This document shows positions 1-12,200 of a stretch of DNA of 64,000 bases, one piece after another. Location: the NCBI GenBank assembly GCA_030141605.1, contig JAQGDQ010000079.1, positions 558,001-622,000 of the forward strand. Direction: 5' to 3'. The notes beneath the pieces were generated by a model, which saw only the letters and a list, made by a program, of their open reading frames with translations, had not been told where the DNA came from and searched no databases. Each line of letters opens with the position of its first letter. Position 1 is the first letter of the stretch. The DNA is from Tubiluchus corallicola (taxonomy: Eukaryota; Animalia; Priapulida). A program made the position numbers and the translations under genes.

Positions 1-3000
1 GCGAAAACAAACAAAAAATCCTTTCAACGCGAGTGCGATATACGCATAAAATTGATATAAAGTAATATAATTTTTAAGGCGATTTTTCTGAAATCTACGT
101 CAGGTACCCCTTTTCTTGTCCTTTAACGTTTGTGGAAGACCTACACAAAAAGCAGTAATCTATTAAAGTCGGCTTTATATACATAAAGGTAAAGATAAAA
201 GTTTAACTGGCAGTTTTGTTGTTCTTGTATACTTGCTTTGTTAAAAATTATACGTTTCCGTTTTTCTAAGATGAATCAGTCCCAAAAAGTTACAAAGTGC
301 TCATAAATTTTGTTCGCTTTAATTCTGTGAGACTGTCGTTTGGATTTGTAAATTTACTGAAATATCTATTTTAACAGTAAAATAAAGGTAGTAATTATTA
401 AGGTTAGTGTGGCGACTGTCAGGTGTCAACATTCCTTGACAGTTATTAATATCGTGATGTCAGTATGAGCTATTAATGTCAGAAATTAGGGTACTGATAG
501 CTATAAACTCGCAGTCGGTCAGAGATTATACCATGGTATATTGTTCTTGGATTTTTCTTCTTAGACACGTTTCTATTTTATTTTCCTCTTAAAAATCATG
601 GTATGTCGTGTGATGCATAATTTTCATTTCATTTTAATTTATTTTATCATTATATTTTTTACAATAACCAAACAATCATACTAAACTGCAGCTTATATTA
701 TGAAGATAATCACTCAACCCTATATGTTAGGCTTGTTTATTTATCTAATTTATTTTTTCTTTTCAATTTTTAGTGTTGTATATCTAGACTGTTGACTGAC
801 TGATTGACTGAGTGACCTGCCGATTGAATAATTGATTAAGCAATCTCATTATAATCAAAGCATCGAGAAAGAGATGAGACCTGAACACACAATATTCTTG
901 TGTTCGCTCGTACTCTAATTACTTGCCTAACTACAGTAACTCCAACTGCTTCTCTATAACATTAATATGCGGTACAAAAATACGCTTTTCGGTTTTTTCT
1001 TTTTTTATCAAACAGCTGGCACTAGAGGTGTATACGCATCTACGAAAAGTGAAAATGAAAAAATATTATTGTGACAGGTTTAAAATTTGAAAACCGCTTG
1101 TCTAGACACGCTAATAATGTCACTCCAATGATTGCTCAAATGAGACAATAATTATAGTCATTTAGCGGGCTAGATTCAAAGTGTTCTTGCAAATGGCTCA
1201 ATTTCCGCATTGGCGTCAACTCAAAGAACAATCATCATGTAAATAAATAAACTTTTTTACTGTCAACCCAAAGCGACTAAAATGTGTAAGAGCACTGTTC
1301 TGAAAGTAAAACGAGTTTAACCAGAATTCTAAAGTAATTTGATTTTGGTTAGTCAATGCTGATTACTAACTTATTAGGAAGGCACATTGCATATCTACAA
1401 ATGAAAATGCCACTCAATCGCCATGCAGAAAATAATAATAACGTTTTTGGCTAAATTCAATGATAATGTTTTGAATTTCAGGTTAATCCTTAAGATGGCC
1501 AAGCAAGAATTTCTCTCATTGCTTTTGGTGAGTAATTGTTCATCAGTTACTAATAAAACATGAAAAAACAAGAAAAGTAACAATAGTAACACTATTTTTC
1601 TTCTCGCACTATTATAGCTATAAGGCTCTGTAAAAGGCAGATTCCACCATTTCCTAGACAGAAGCTAAAAAATAAAGAAAAAATTTTATCACCACGCAGC
1701 CCAAGGTCACGATGAGTGACGGTCTACGAAAGTTAAGGATCTTCGAGCCTGATATCTAAATGGGTGAACGATTTTATCAGCTATACTGCCTCGCCATAGC
1801 TACTACAGCTTTATTGAGAACCAAGGCATTATCACATGTACACCTCTGAAAGTGACCGACCTCTGACACGTCTGCTTGCTCAATATCTCATCTTAGATGA
1901 TTACTCTTGATAATATTGTAGACGTTCGTGCCACCAGGTTGGTGAACTATATAAAACAGATTGTATTAAAACAGATAAAATTTAAAAAATGTTCATTGTG
2001 GCCGTGCGAGCTGACTCACAGAAGCTTCCTATGTATCCACATTTGCCATGTCTTATAGTACAATTCAATTAAATCTGTTGAATATATGGCTTGAAATCGT
2101 TGAACGTCGCGTGTTTAAATCACAGAAAGAATGAAGCTTTCGAAGCTCTTCTATTAACGAATTAAATAAAACTTTTAGCTCTTTAAGAGTCCTCTCGTAC
2201 GGGCAAAGCTGTCTTGATAAATATAAGAATTCTCCCTACCTGCCAGTCTGCGTGTGAGAAATAAAGGTTAAAAGTTTATTTCAAAGCAGTTTTCTCGTTT
2301 AGATTTTTATAGTTTACAAAACTATATTGTAAAATCAGACTGGGACAATAATTGCTATACCTATAAAAGATTAAGACAGGATAGTATTGCACTGTGTACT
2401 GTGTTAACTGCTTGCACATGATCGCATGTTGTTTCGCAATTGGATTACGCTGTTAAAAGATCATTCAATGCACATGCAATTGTGCCAAAAGACTTATTCG
2501 TTCAGCAGGTGAAAACTATGAACGCGTTAACAATGGCGGGTTTGCTTGTTTAACCTAAATAACATGCTAGCGACAGTAAGGATCAGGCAGACAAAAAGCT
2601 CTTATTTTCAATAAATGTGACGGCAAATCATTTTCTTCGAAAATTCTTCATAAACTATATTCGGAATTGGGTTATTAGTTTCAATAATTCCAACATAAAG
2701 TAGCTTAAAATTTAGTTTACACGTGAGTTCAACATAGGTTATCTTCTTAGTTAAACTGTGCAAAACTCAGTCACTCGAATAAGATTCACTGTCAAAACTA
2801 TTTTAATACTTCTAAGAGTAACTAACGCGCACAAATGATTCAGTAATGTGGCTGTTGGAATGAAAGCTATTTTCCAATTATTACGATAGCAATATAGCAT
2901 CGTATATTCCTCGTCCCTGTTCTTGAGGGTTGCTAATCTTAATAATAAAACGGAGCACGCGATAATAAAACTTCCTTGACATTGTAACAGACCTGCCGTC

Positions 3001-4410
3001 TTCTTATCAATTTAGGTCTACTAATGAACACATGTTGAATTACAAAATTGCGTGCACAGAATCAGTTTTACTGAAGGCTTATTTATATGCTTAGCCTTAG
3101 GCTACTATTTTTTTTATTAGACCTTTCCGTTTCTTTACAGTTTGGGTTCAACATGTAGTTAGAATAGAAAAATGTTGTTATCGGTGTTATCAGTAATCTA
3201 TGTGATAAGACCACACATCTGAAATACCATACGTGAACACAGTATCTTGTGGTTGTGGCTCACAATTATTATTTTAATTTAGACGTAACAGAAATATTCC
3301 ACTATGTCCAAAAAGCCTACGGATGCATTTAGTTAGTTGTTAGTATTTGGTTGGTTAGTTGGTTGGTCAGCTGGCTAGCTGGTTTGTTTGTTTGTTTATT
3401 TGTCGACTTGTTTATTAGTTGATTGGTTGATAGGATGATTAATTAATTATGTAGCATATGACGCTTATTGAAAGTTCCTACAACTCTCACATGCAGAGGG
3501 AAACTTTACACTTATTTAAAATCATCCCTAGTAATTTATTTCTGTTCAACATCTATTTCTGCTTTTTACTTGTATAATTTTCTACTGCTGTAACAAGTTT
3601 GGATGATTATTTATATAAGCCATCCACTAAAATCACCCCTCGCTTGCGCTTTTTGAAAACATTTTACAATGTTTCGATTTGCTTCAGACAAGGACGTTTT
3701 TATGAAGCTCTGTCAGCATTTTTTAACATTGAACCATAATTTATTAGGTCTAAAATTAAATAGCTAACAAAAATTCAATGTTAATATTCAGTCTCAGGGC
3801 ACATCATAGTGTGGACTTCCAATTCCCTTGTCGGTTTGTGCACATCCTCCCTCTAAAAAGGGAATAGCCGAAGTATAGTATGGCAGAAGAAACTGCCAAG
3901 AAGCGTTCATGGTGGCCACCCAACCTTCTTTTAGCAGGCCTAGCTTACCTTAGGCTAAAAACGTATCGTTGTTAATCACCTTCCCTCGTTCTACAACAAA
4001 TGAGGCTTTTTGAGCTGTTATGGGCAATGCATCTTTTTAGTCTAGCCAATTTTCATGTAAAGCTCTGAGAGTTAGGATTGTAAGAACTATAGTATATAAA
4101 ACAGCAAATGGAAACATGGTTAGTTTTCACGATATTTTATTAACCATTTAAACAAAAAAAAACATTCGTAGAATAGAAGTAAACATTCACCTAAATCTTA
4201 ACTATTTTCATAAATTTGTTTTCTAGAATTACGATTTTATGAAAAAAGTTACGCATGTTAATTAAATAATTTTATTGATTTTTTATACATTTTCGCCGAT
4301 GTTAATGAAAACAGTTAGGGCCTACTTCTGTAAATTAGGCAGAAATTATTAAACTACTTTGCTAATATGTTCTGAAAAAGTTACATTTTCAAGAAATAGT
4401 ATCATTATGT

Positions 4411-5004
4411 TTAATAGTGCCTGTAGCTTCGTCCAGGGTTTCTGTAAGGACCACCTCTGTTATAGCGACCATTTCTGTCATAAAGATTGCCGTAGCCGTA
4501 ATATCTGCTACCAGAGCCGTAATTATTACCGTATTTACGTCCATCATAGCGATTTCCGCCTCTGTAGCGATACCCTCGATACCCACCTCGGTAGCTGTTG
4601 TCGTTACCGTAAGCTCTTCTATTGTAATCTTCACGGTAACTGTCTCTATCGTAATTACGGTAATCGCCCTTACCGTAATCGCGCCTATCATGGGCGTATT
4701 CGGGTTCGTAATGGCGTTTCACCCCTGAGAATGCAGGGCATCCTAGCTTTTCCCTGTTGTGTCGGTCGTCGGTTACACACCCAGGCAAGCACTCATCAAA
4801 TATCGTACCGTAGGCACAGTAACGTATCACATGGTTTTCGTGATACGTACCAGTGTGAACACACTCGACGTACGTGTCGCAACTATTTGGATCTCTCAAT
4901 AGCTGACCCTCGAAATAACAGCGATCATAACGCTGACAATAAGCGTCAGCACCTTGGATAGTAAGGCAAGCAAGAACTACACACAGTAAAAACGCCAGAT
5001 ACAT
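4411..5004 (-). CDS. Secreted chitin-binding type-2 (peritrophin-A)-like protein with Gly/Tyr/Arg/Asn-rich low-complexity tail, paralog A (197 aa, single coding exon)
   Basis: ATG at 5004 (the ORF track starts at an upstream TTG). Hydrophobic signal peptide MYLAFLLCVVLACLTIQGADA, then DPNSCDTYVEC...CAYGTIFD...C...C matching ChtBD2 spacing, then a tail of Y/G/R/N/D motifs. The domain is closely similar to 17059..17970. Confidence 0.82.
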   Translation of the reverse strand: MYLAFLLCVVLACLTIQGADAYCQRYDRCYFEGQLLRDPNSCDTYVECVHTGTYHENHVIRYCAYGTIFDECLPGCVTDDRHNREKLGCPAFSGVKRHYEPEYAHDRRDYGKGDYRNYDRDSYREDYNRRAYGNDNSYRGGYRGYRYRGGNRYDGRKYGNNYGSGSRYYGYGNLYDRNGRYNRGGPYRNPGRSYRHY

Positions 5005-7930
5005 CACGTAGAGGTGAAAGTAACCTTCCAAATATATATTTTTTAGAACTTGAGTAAAGTACTTTCACGACTAGAAAAGAACTAAGGTATCGTCATTTAA
5101 CTTTTTGTTGATGTGAACTTCGCATGGATAACCAGTCTCCAGTATCTTAAATTGATCAAGATAGTGCGACAGTGGGGGTAACAGGGAGACCAAAAGCAAT
5201 TCACGTTTCTTCAAGGTGACAAGGTGACGTCACAAGCCCCCGAGCCTAAGCTACTCATTGCATTCCGGACAGTTTTAACTGATTTATTGGACAACTGTTC
5301 TACGCTCATTTGTCACTGGAAAATATTTTGCTGATTTCTATAATATTAGTGTATGCTGAGGAATTGCGTATAGGCCTATGAGCTTCCCTAAGTAAAATAT
5401 ATAGCAACAAAATTTTGCCTTAAGGCATTTTTTCAAACGGAGTAATTCGATTAATCTTATCTTCCTCTAGACCTAGTTTCGTCCGTTTTCTCGAAAGTTC
5501 CTGTTACACTAATAGATTTTTGCATGTATACTAGCATGTGACCTGAGGTGCAAAGGAGTACTGCTTAATTGGCAGCCTTGGTTCTCTGCACACGCATATG
5601 AGGTGCAGCACAAACGTTAACAGTAGAAATGATCGTTCAGTACCACCTAAACAATGTATTTTCTAACAGAAGTAAAATTTTATTTCAAGCCAGACTGTTA
5701 TCAACTGTTACACAATTTACAGAATTACAGGAATTTGTATATAAGGGATGCCAGAAAATTATTGGTCTCCCTTCCAGTCTAAATGACATACTGAGTGGCA
5801 GAAGGGTCCTGGAACATGAGGGACTCCACAATGTCCTTTAGGAACCAATGTGTTCGCATTAATAGCAACCGAGAAATAATTGCCGGACAAGCGTCTCGCA
5901 ATTTACGAAAAGTGGCAGGCGTTCTTTGCCCAAATAAAAGGTACTGAAAAGCTAACTAGGAAACATAGTTTTCACGTCGTGGAAAAATGTCAATAAATCG
6001 AGTTAACTCAAATACTCGAAACATGAAAAAATTTACATGCATTTTGATATCTTATTCCTGTGATAAATTTGCCTTTATAATAATTTTTACAAACATTTCC
6101 ATCACTTGTCTCACATAACTCATTTTGCGTAACGATACAACCATGGAACATTAGCCATTTTAGTTGTCTCATTTTTCCGTGTCTTGTTGGGGATATTGGA
6201 GTCGAGTTGTGACTGAATTTCGCCAGTCTTTTATAGTGAAACCCTCAAAGCAAACTGAGCTATTGTATCATGGTACCTAGTTTTTCTGTATCATCCAATT
6301 CCTGTTTGTTCTGTATTACATATCGTGCCGTAAGAGTGCGTAAAGAGCATTAACTGCATGGTGTTGACCCGAAAACCTTGAGTAAACTTGTACAAAGTGT
6401 GCCAGGGAGTCAAATCTTAATACGCACTCTTTTCGTAATTTACCTGCTTGGCTGGGCACTTTGATCAAAGACGGAAGACATTGGATTAATAAATATTCGG
6501 GTGTGGCGCGTCTGTGAGACGGTAATAACTACTATACTTAACGGACTAATAATAATTGCGATGAGACATAAACTTTTTGGTGGACTAATGTTTTAATAGC
6601 ATTATAGCAGCTTTCATCACAATTGTTATAGCTAATGCTTGCACTTATAAACAAGAATAATCTTGTCTGCCATGTATCAATACCAGGTTTGCTCAACTGT
6701 TTGTTCAATGCATGTCTAAATTTTGGATAGCATATGATTAGGCATGTTAGAGTATTCAGATGTTTGAAAATGTTATTAACAACATCTTCATTAGTGCACA
6801 CTTTTGCATTTCGTCCCATAATATAAGGTCTCTCCTCTTCATAATGATGGGTTCTATAGAGCTACTTGCAAGACGCCATCTGTAGGGATTAAAACAACCT
6901 TAAATGTTTTTGCATATGGAACAGTGGATCGTTTGAAAGAATTTTTTCGTGATACCAGATGGAGCTTTGAAATCTCGTAAAAATCGAAATACGTGAAGCT
7001 TCATCATTATTTTTAAGACACTTAAAAGACAAATCAAAGATAACTTTTAAACGATTCGGATTTATATTCAAATAAAATTTTTTATCTCTTGTAATACACA
7101 ATTCCGTTCTGGTACACCTACATCAGCCAATGATGACTAGATAAATTTAATAATATTTTAATAGCCACCACCTCTATGTTTCTTCAATTGAAGATACATG
7201 ATCCGCCTATTATTTCAGTGTAACACTACGGCAGTCAACGTATACTGTTGGCAGCATGACTATAAATCTAATGAGTTGTTTTCGTTGAAATTGTACGTCT
7301 AACTATTGCAATTTAGAATGTGATTTTGAATGCTTCGCTACACCTATCATGTACCTGACAACCAAATAGGTGACTGCGCAAAAATTGATAATTTATAACA
7401 GGAAATAACATTGAAAAATAGAGTATTAACATACAGCTTTGACAGCCATTACTGCTGCAGTGTGGTAAACGTATAGTTTATAATAAAGAAGCATTTATTT
7501 AGATTTTAAAAGCCGATTAATCATTCGGTTATAGCGATATCATGTTCAAAAACATATTAAGCATCGCAAGCAGTAAGTAAGCAAAATAGCTTTCTTCAAA
7601 CAAATAAACAGCCTTGTTGAAACAGAAAGCTTGTCTTGGTGATCAAACTGTATTTTAGCATTGCGTCCTAACTTGGACTAAAAACGAAGATTTAAATTAA
7701 CAATCATGAAACAGGTCAATGCAGAAAGAGCTTTTAAGGTTTTTTCCATTCTACGATTCGCAGTTAGAAAGACTGATTTGCACTTTATCGCTATACTAAA
7801 CGAACTTGCATGGAATTTTTCAATTTAAGTAACAAAATTTATCATTACTTTTTGTTTACTATGTGACTCTGTTTAGTATTTATAACTACAGAGTATTTCA
7901 AGTATATACATTACTCTGTTTTAGTTTCAG

Positions 7931-9158
7931 GTGGTTTTGTTCACCAGCAGCACAGTAGACTCACAAAAGGCTGACTTTCCTGTACCAGTATCAGTTCAAA
8001 CAGGCATTGGACTTCAACAGCCACCGCTAGGAAGTGCACCAAGTCTAGACGACGTCTCCAGCTACCCGGAAGGAACGGCCGTTTCTCAACCGCAACTTTT
8101 TGCTAGAAATGAGCAACAGCAATTCCAGATAAAAGTCGGAACTGGGAGCATTGATCAGACACCGGTTGCAGGAGGCGAGTTCATTAATCCCTACCCATCG
8201 AGATCTCGGGGAAGGTCAGAGACAGAAGACGAGGAGCCTAACAGAGAATTCATCAACCCATTTGTTTCAAGAGCCAGATCCGAAGAAACAAAAATTTCCA
8301 GTAAAGGAGGCCTCATACCATCTGATACTAGCGAGTTTTACAATCCCTATGAGACGAGCTCCCCAAGTGAGTCTAGAGGAAGATCCAGAGGTCGAGGAAG
8401 AGGCCGAGGAAATGGCCGTAATGAAGGGGAGTTCGGTGGAAGAGCTAGAGCAGAATATGAAGGAAGAGCCCGCAGCCGGTCCCGTGGCAGAGGAAGGTCC
8501 AGAGCGAACCAAGGACGATCTTCAGTAGAGGAAGAAACGTTGGCACCTGCCCAGTCGGCTTCAAGCCATGCAGGACGTGCAGATCTCTTGAGCATCCCGG
8601 CACCTCTAGCTATAACCAACGAAGAGAAGAATCCAGAATATTTTCCACAACCAGAACCTGCTAACGAAATTATAGGTATATGACTGGGTAGTATGCATCT
8701 ATAAGTAGTGTTGTTTTATTGTCACGATTACAGCAGTTATAGTTGCCTTCCCTGCATTGCTTGTTCTAACTGTTGTAGTTACTGTTGTCACATTTTCTGC
8801 TGATACTGCACTGACTGTCGCTGAAGTCAGCGATAATTATTAGTTTTTAATCATCGATAGCGCTGCTGTTGTTATTATTGCAATTACACTTTTTCGCCTT
8901 GTCATCGCTCTGCAACTCGCAAGAGGTTTTTATTATTGTTGTCATTATTGATGCTGCTGTTAATGCTGTTATTTTTGTTCTACTTATTGCGATTGTTATT
9001 ATTACTGGGCTCCCGTCGTTGCTGATGCTGTTTTATCTGCTGTTTCTGCTCCTGCTGCTGTTTCATTGTATTAATTTCTACGGTTGTTGTCATTGTTGTT
9101 GTTCTTGATGTATTGCTGCTGCTATTGTTGTTATTATTGTTGTTGTTGTTGTTGTTGT

Positions 9159-9248
<90 letters not shown>

Positions 9249-12200
9249 CGAAGACATTAAGACATTGGCAACGAATTTTCTTTTTTGCTAATTTTCTTTT
9301 GTCTAACAGATGTTGCCGTAGAGTGCGATATGGAACGAAACAGAATGTCCGTTACATTTACATTTCAGCGCGATTTTGATGGAGTTATTTACACAAAGGG
9401 TGAGCCACTTATCAGTACCTGTTACTATTATTGTGATTTAGACATTTAATCTACAGCCAAAGACAAAATTTGTGTGCTTGAGGGAAAAGCGAAGATAAGT
9501 CTCCGGTTGCATAATAATTCTTCATTTTGATTACACTGCTGTAAAAAAAACTAGCTATATTGTGCCTGTTCGATATGCCTGTTGATAATGTAGCTTCCGT
9601 AATTTATGTTTTGCTGTTTTGTAATACTAAAATGTTACTGAGCTGCTGAAGTGGAAGATGCTAAATAGGGTCATTTGATAAGTAATCTCGTGAGTAATCT
9701 CGCCATAACTCTCGAATTTGCGTTTGTTTATTTGATGAGCAACTAGAATGAAAAAGGAAAGGCAATTTAAAAAAAAATTAAATCACGATGTGTGATACAA
9801 AGATTCAACTACGACTACTACTATTCAGTAGTATAAAAGTGATAGTAATAATATACCTTATTTTGGTTTTTTAAAACACTGACTATCATAATCCAAGAGA
9901 CAACCAGTGCTAGTTCATGATAAAAACATACACTGTTCTAGGCAAATAGGCAAAACACACATAATATAATATGTACGCGGTTATAGGTAAACAGCAGTTG
10001 GAACTTACTCGGCATTCTTTACTAATTTTTTCTATTTGTTTATAACGTAATCCAGATATAATACGATAAATAACAATTACAAAATATAAAATGAAACAGG
10101 TGACCCTAAAAAACGTTTACAAACTGGAAAGCAGTTAAAACACAGTTTTCTATTATATTTTAAAAATTTAGATAAATTAACTAATTATAGTATTATTGTG
10201 TATATTATAGTAAAAAAGTATCTATTACGTGTATTGATCAATAGTTTGTCGTTTACATGAGAGGGAAGTGCATTTCTAATGTTGATGACACTGTTACTAA
10301 AAAAAAGTATTTTAGACAGCCGGTCCAGCAAAACCTAACAAAAAGTTTGAAATGATGGCAGAAGAAGCACGACAAAAAATTCATTAGAATTTAAAGCATT
10401 TTCTTTGTGCAGAGTATCGTGACACATAAAAGATCATTAGTAAGATGGTGAGTCTAATTTTAGAGCATTTAATTTAATAATCTGCCGTTGTATGTGGCAA
10501 CATGGGGCTCTGTAAGGAATTAAGCAAGTTGCACCTGACAGTGGATAAATTACTTCTAGACGTTTTCAACCAAATCTGTATTTTTCAACAAAAATGGATT
10601 TCAAGTGTGGATTCTAGGTAAGTAGGGGCACAGTATTCGATCTAAGGGCAAACATAAGCTTTGTAATCCCTGAGTGATCAGAAGATGAAAAGATCGTGGT
10701 ATATACGCTACCTACTATTATTCCAGAAATGACTAAAATAAGCTTGTCTTTTTTCGCAGGTAACTTCAAAGTTGAGGCTTGCAGAAAGGTAGCTGACCGT
10801 GGCAGGTTCCAGCGATTTGACATACCTCTTGACAGATGTGGCATGGATGAAAAGTCTGGGGTAAATTTTTGCATTCTCTAAGAATTTGCTTACATTTCTT
10901 ACTTTATGAAAAGAAGTTATAGCAAAAATGATGACAACAACGACAGTGACCCTGGTAGCAGAAATGATTTAAAGGTAAAAATAAAAACCATGCTACTGCT
11001 GCTGGTCCTGCTGCTGCTCCTGCTAATAATGACGACAACGGTTATGATGCCGACGATGACAACGACGACGACGATGATGATGATGATAATTATCGCGCCA
11101 GTCAAGATGAGGATGATGACAATGATGATAATAATACACACATAGCTGTGATACTAGTATTAATAAAAGCAATGATAACTATGTTTGTGGTTTTATATTT
11201 GCTCGTTCAGTAAGAAGTACTGTCATTTACAGCAAAGGTTCCTTTTTATAATCAGTGAAAAAAAGGCTTGGTTCCTATTCTAAACAATAAAACGTAAATA
11301 CAATACAGTGATATGAAACAAAAGAATAGGCTGAGTTTTCACGTTTTAGCGACCGGAACTCAGGGAACGGTCAGCAAGAGGATAGGTGCTTCTGGACGGT
11401 TTTGACTAGCCCACTGATCCCAGTTATTTATTATCCTTAGAGAGAAATATGCAAAAGTGGCCATGGCTATTTGATCATCTTCATCTTACCTTAGTTATTT
11501 TTGGTAATGAGTAGGGATCTAGTCTTGCCTACATCAATATAATAATTAGGCTGTATTGCTAAGTCAAACAAAATAAAAATCCATGTCATAAATAGTATGT
11601 TTGTTACTATGTTGTGTGTCTTCGTAGCACGTTATATTATAATTTCAGTCGGATGAATTTGGCGGGACAGCATCGTTTACCAACACTATTGTGGTCATGA
11701 ATGAACTAGAATGGGGCGTGTTGGAGATGTGGGACAAGGCGTATAGAGTACAATGCGACTTTGCCGGAGACAGCCGAGGCGACTCGGTAAACTACGGTTT
11801 AACAGTTCCGTAAGTTCAAGCTTATAATCAACATATTTTACGTAAAATCAGGACTGTAAGTTTTCAAATGACGATTAATGTTATTTAGAAGTGCATCGAC
11901 CGCGGTCTGGTGAACAATAATGAAATATCAATTGTATTATTAAATTTTACTGTGCGAAGGCTGCTGCTTTAATATTAAAAAGTATGACAAGCAAAATTTC
12001 ATAGAAAACCTTAAATTAAAAGCATTTACGTGTAATATACTGTACAGTTGCACATTAATTTCACATCATGTAACTATAATTAAAAGTAGTTAAAAATTCT
12101 AGTGGTATATGGCTTTACGGCAGTTGTATAAGATACATGTGTGGATGACTAGTTCTGCAATTTTGCTTGGTTTTGGGTACACCAGTCTGTTTGTTTTAAT

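Noticed and set aside
1-4350. Short ORFs and possible exons in the first 4 kb
   Set aside because: No coherent exon chain or protein motif recognised; treated as intergenic or intronic.
4359-4961. Overlapping ORFs 4359..4961(+), 4417..4728(+), 4389..4691(-)
   Set aside because: Shadow frames of the low-complexity Gly/Tyr-rich CDS; no recognisable domain.
6270-6329. Candidate first coding exon of the ZP gene (MVPSFSVSSNSCLFCITYRA then GTAAGA, phase 0)
   Set aside because: Phase-compatible but gives an unconvincing signal peptide; cannot be chosen over alternatives without transcripts.
9113-9379. Poly-Leu/Met ORF
   Set aside because: Microsatellite translation; the real exon 9310-9399 is in another frame.
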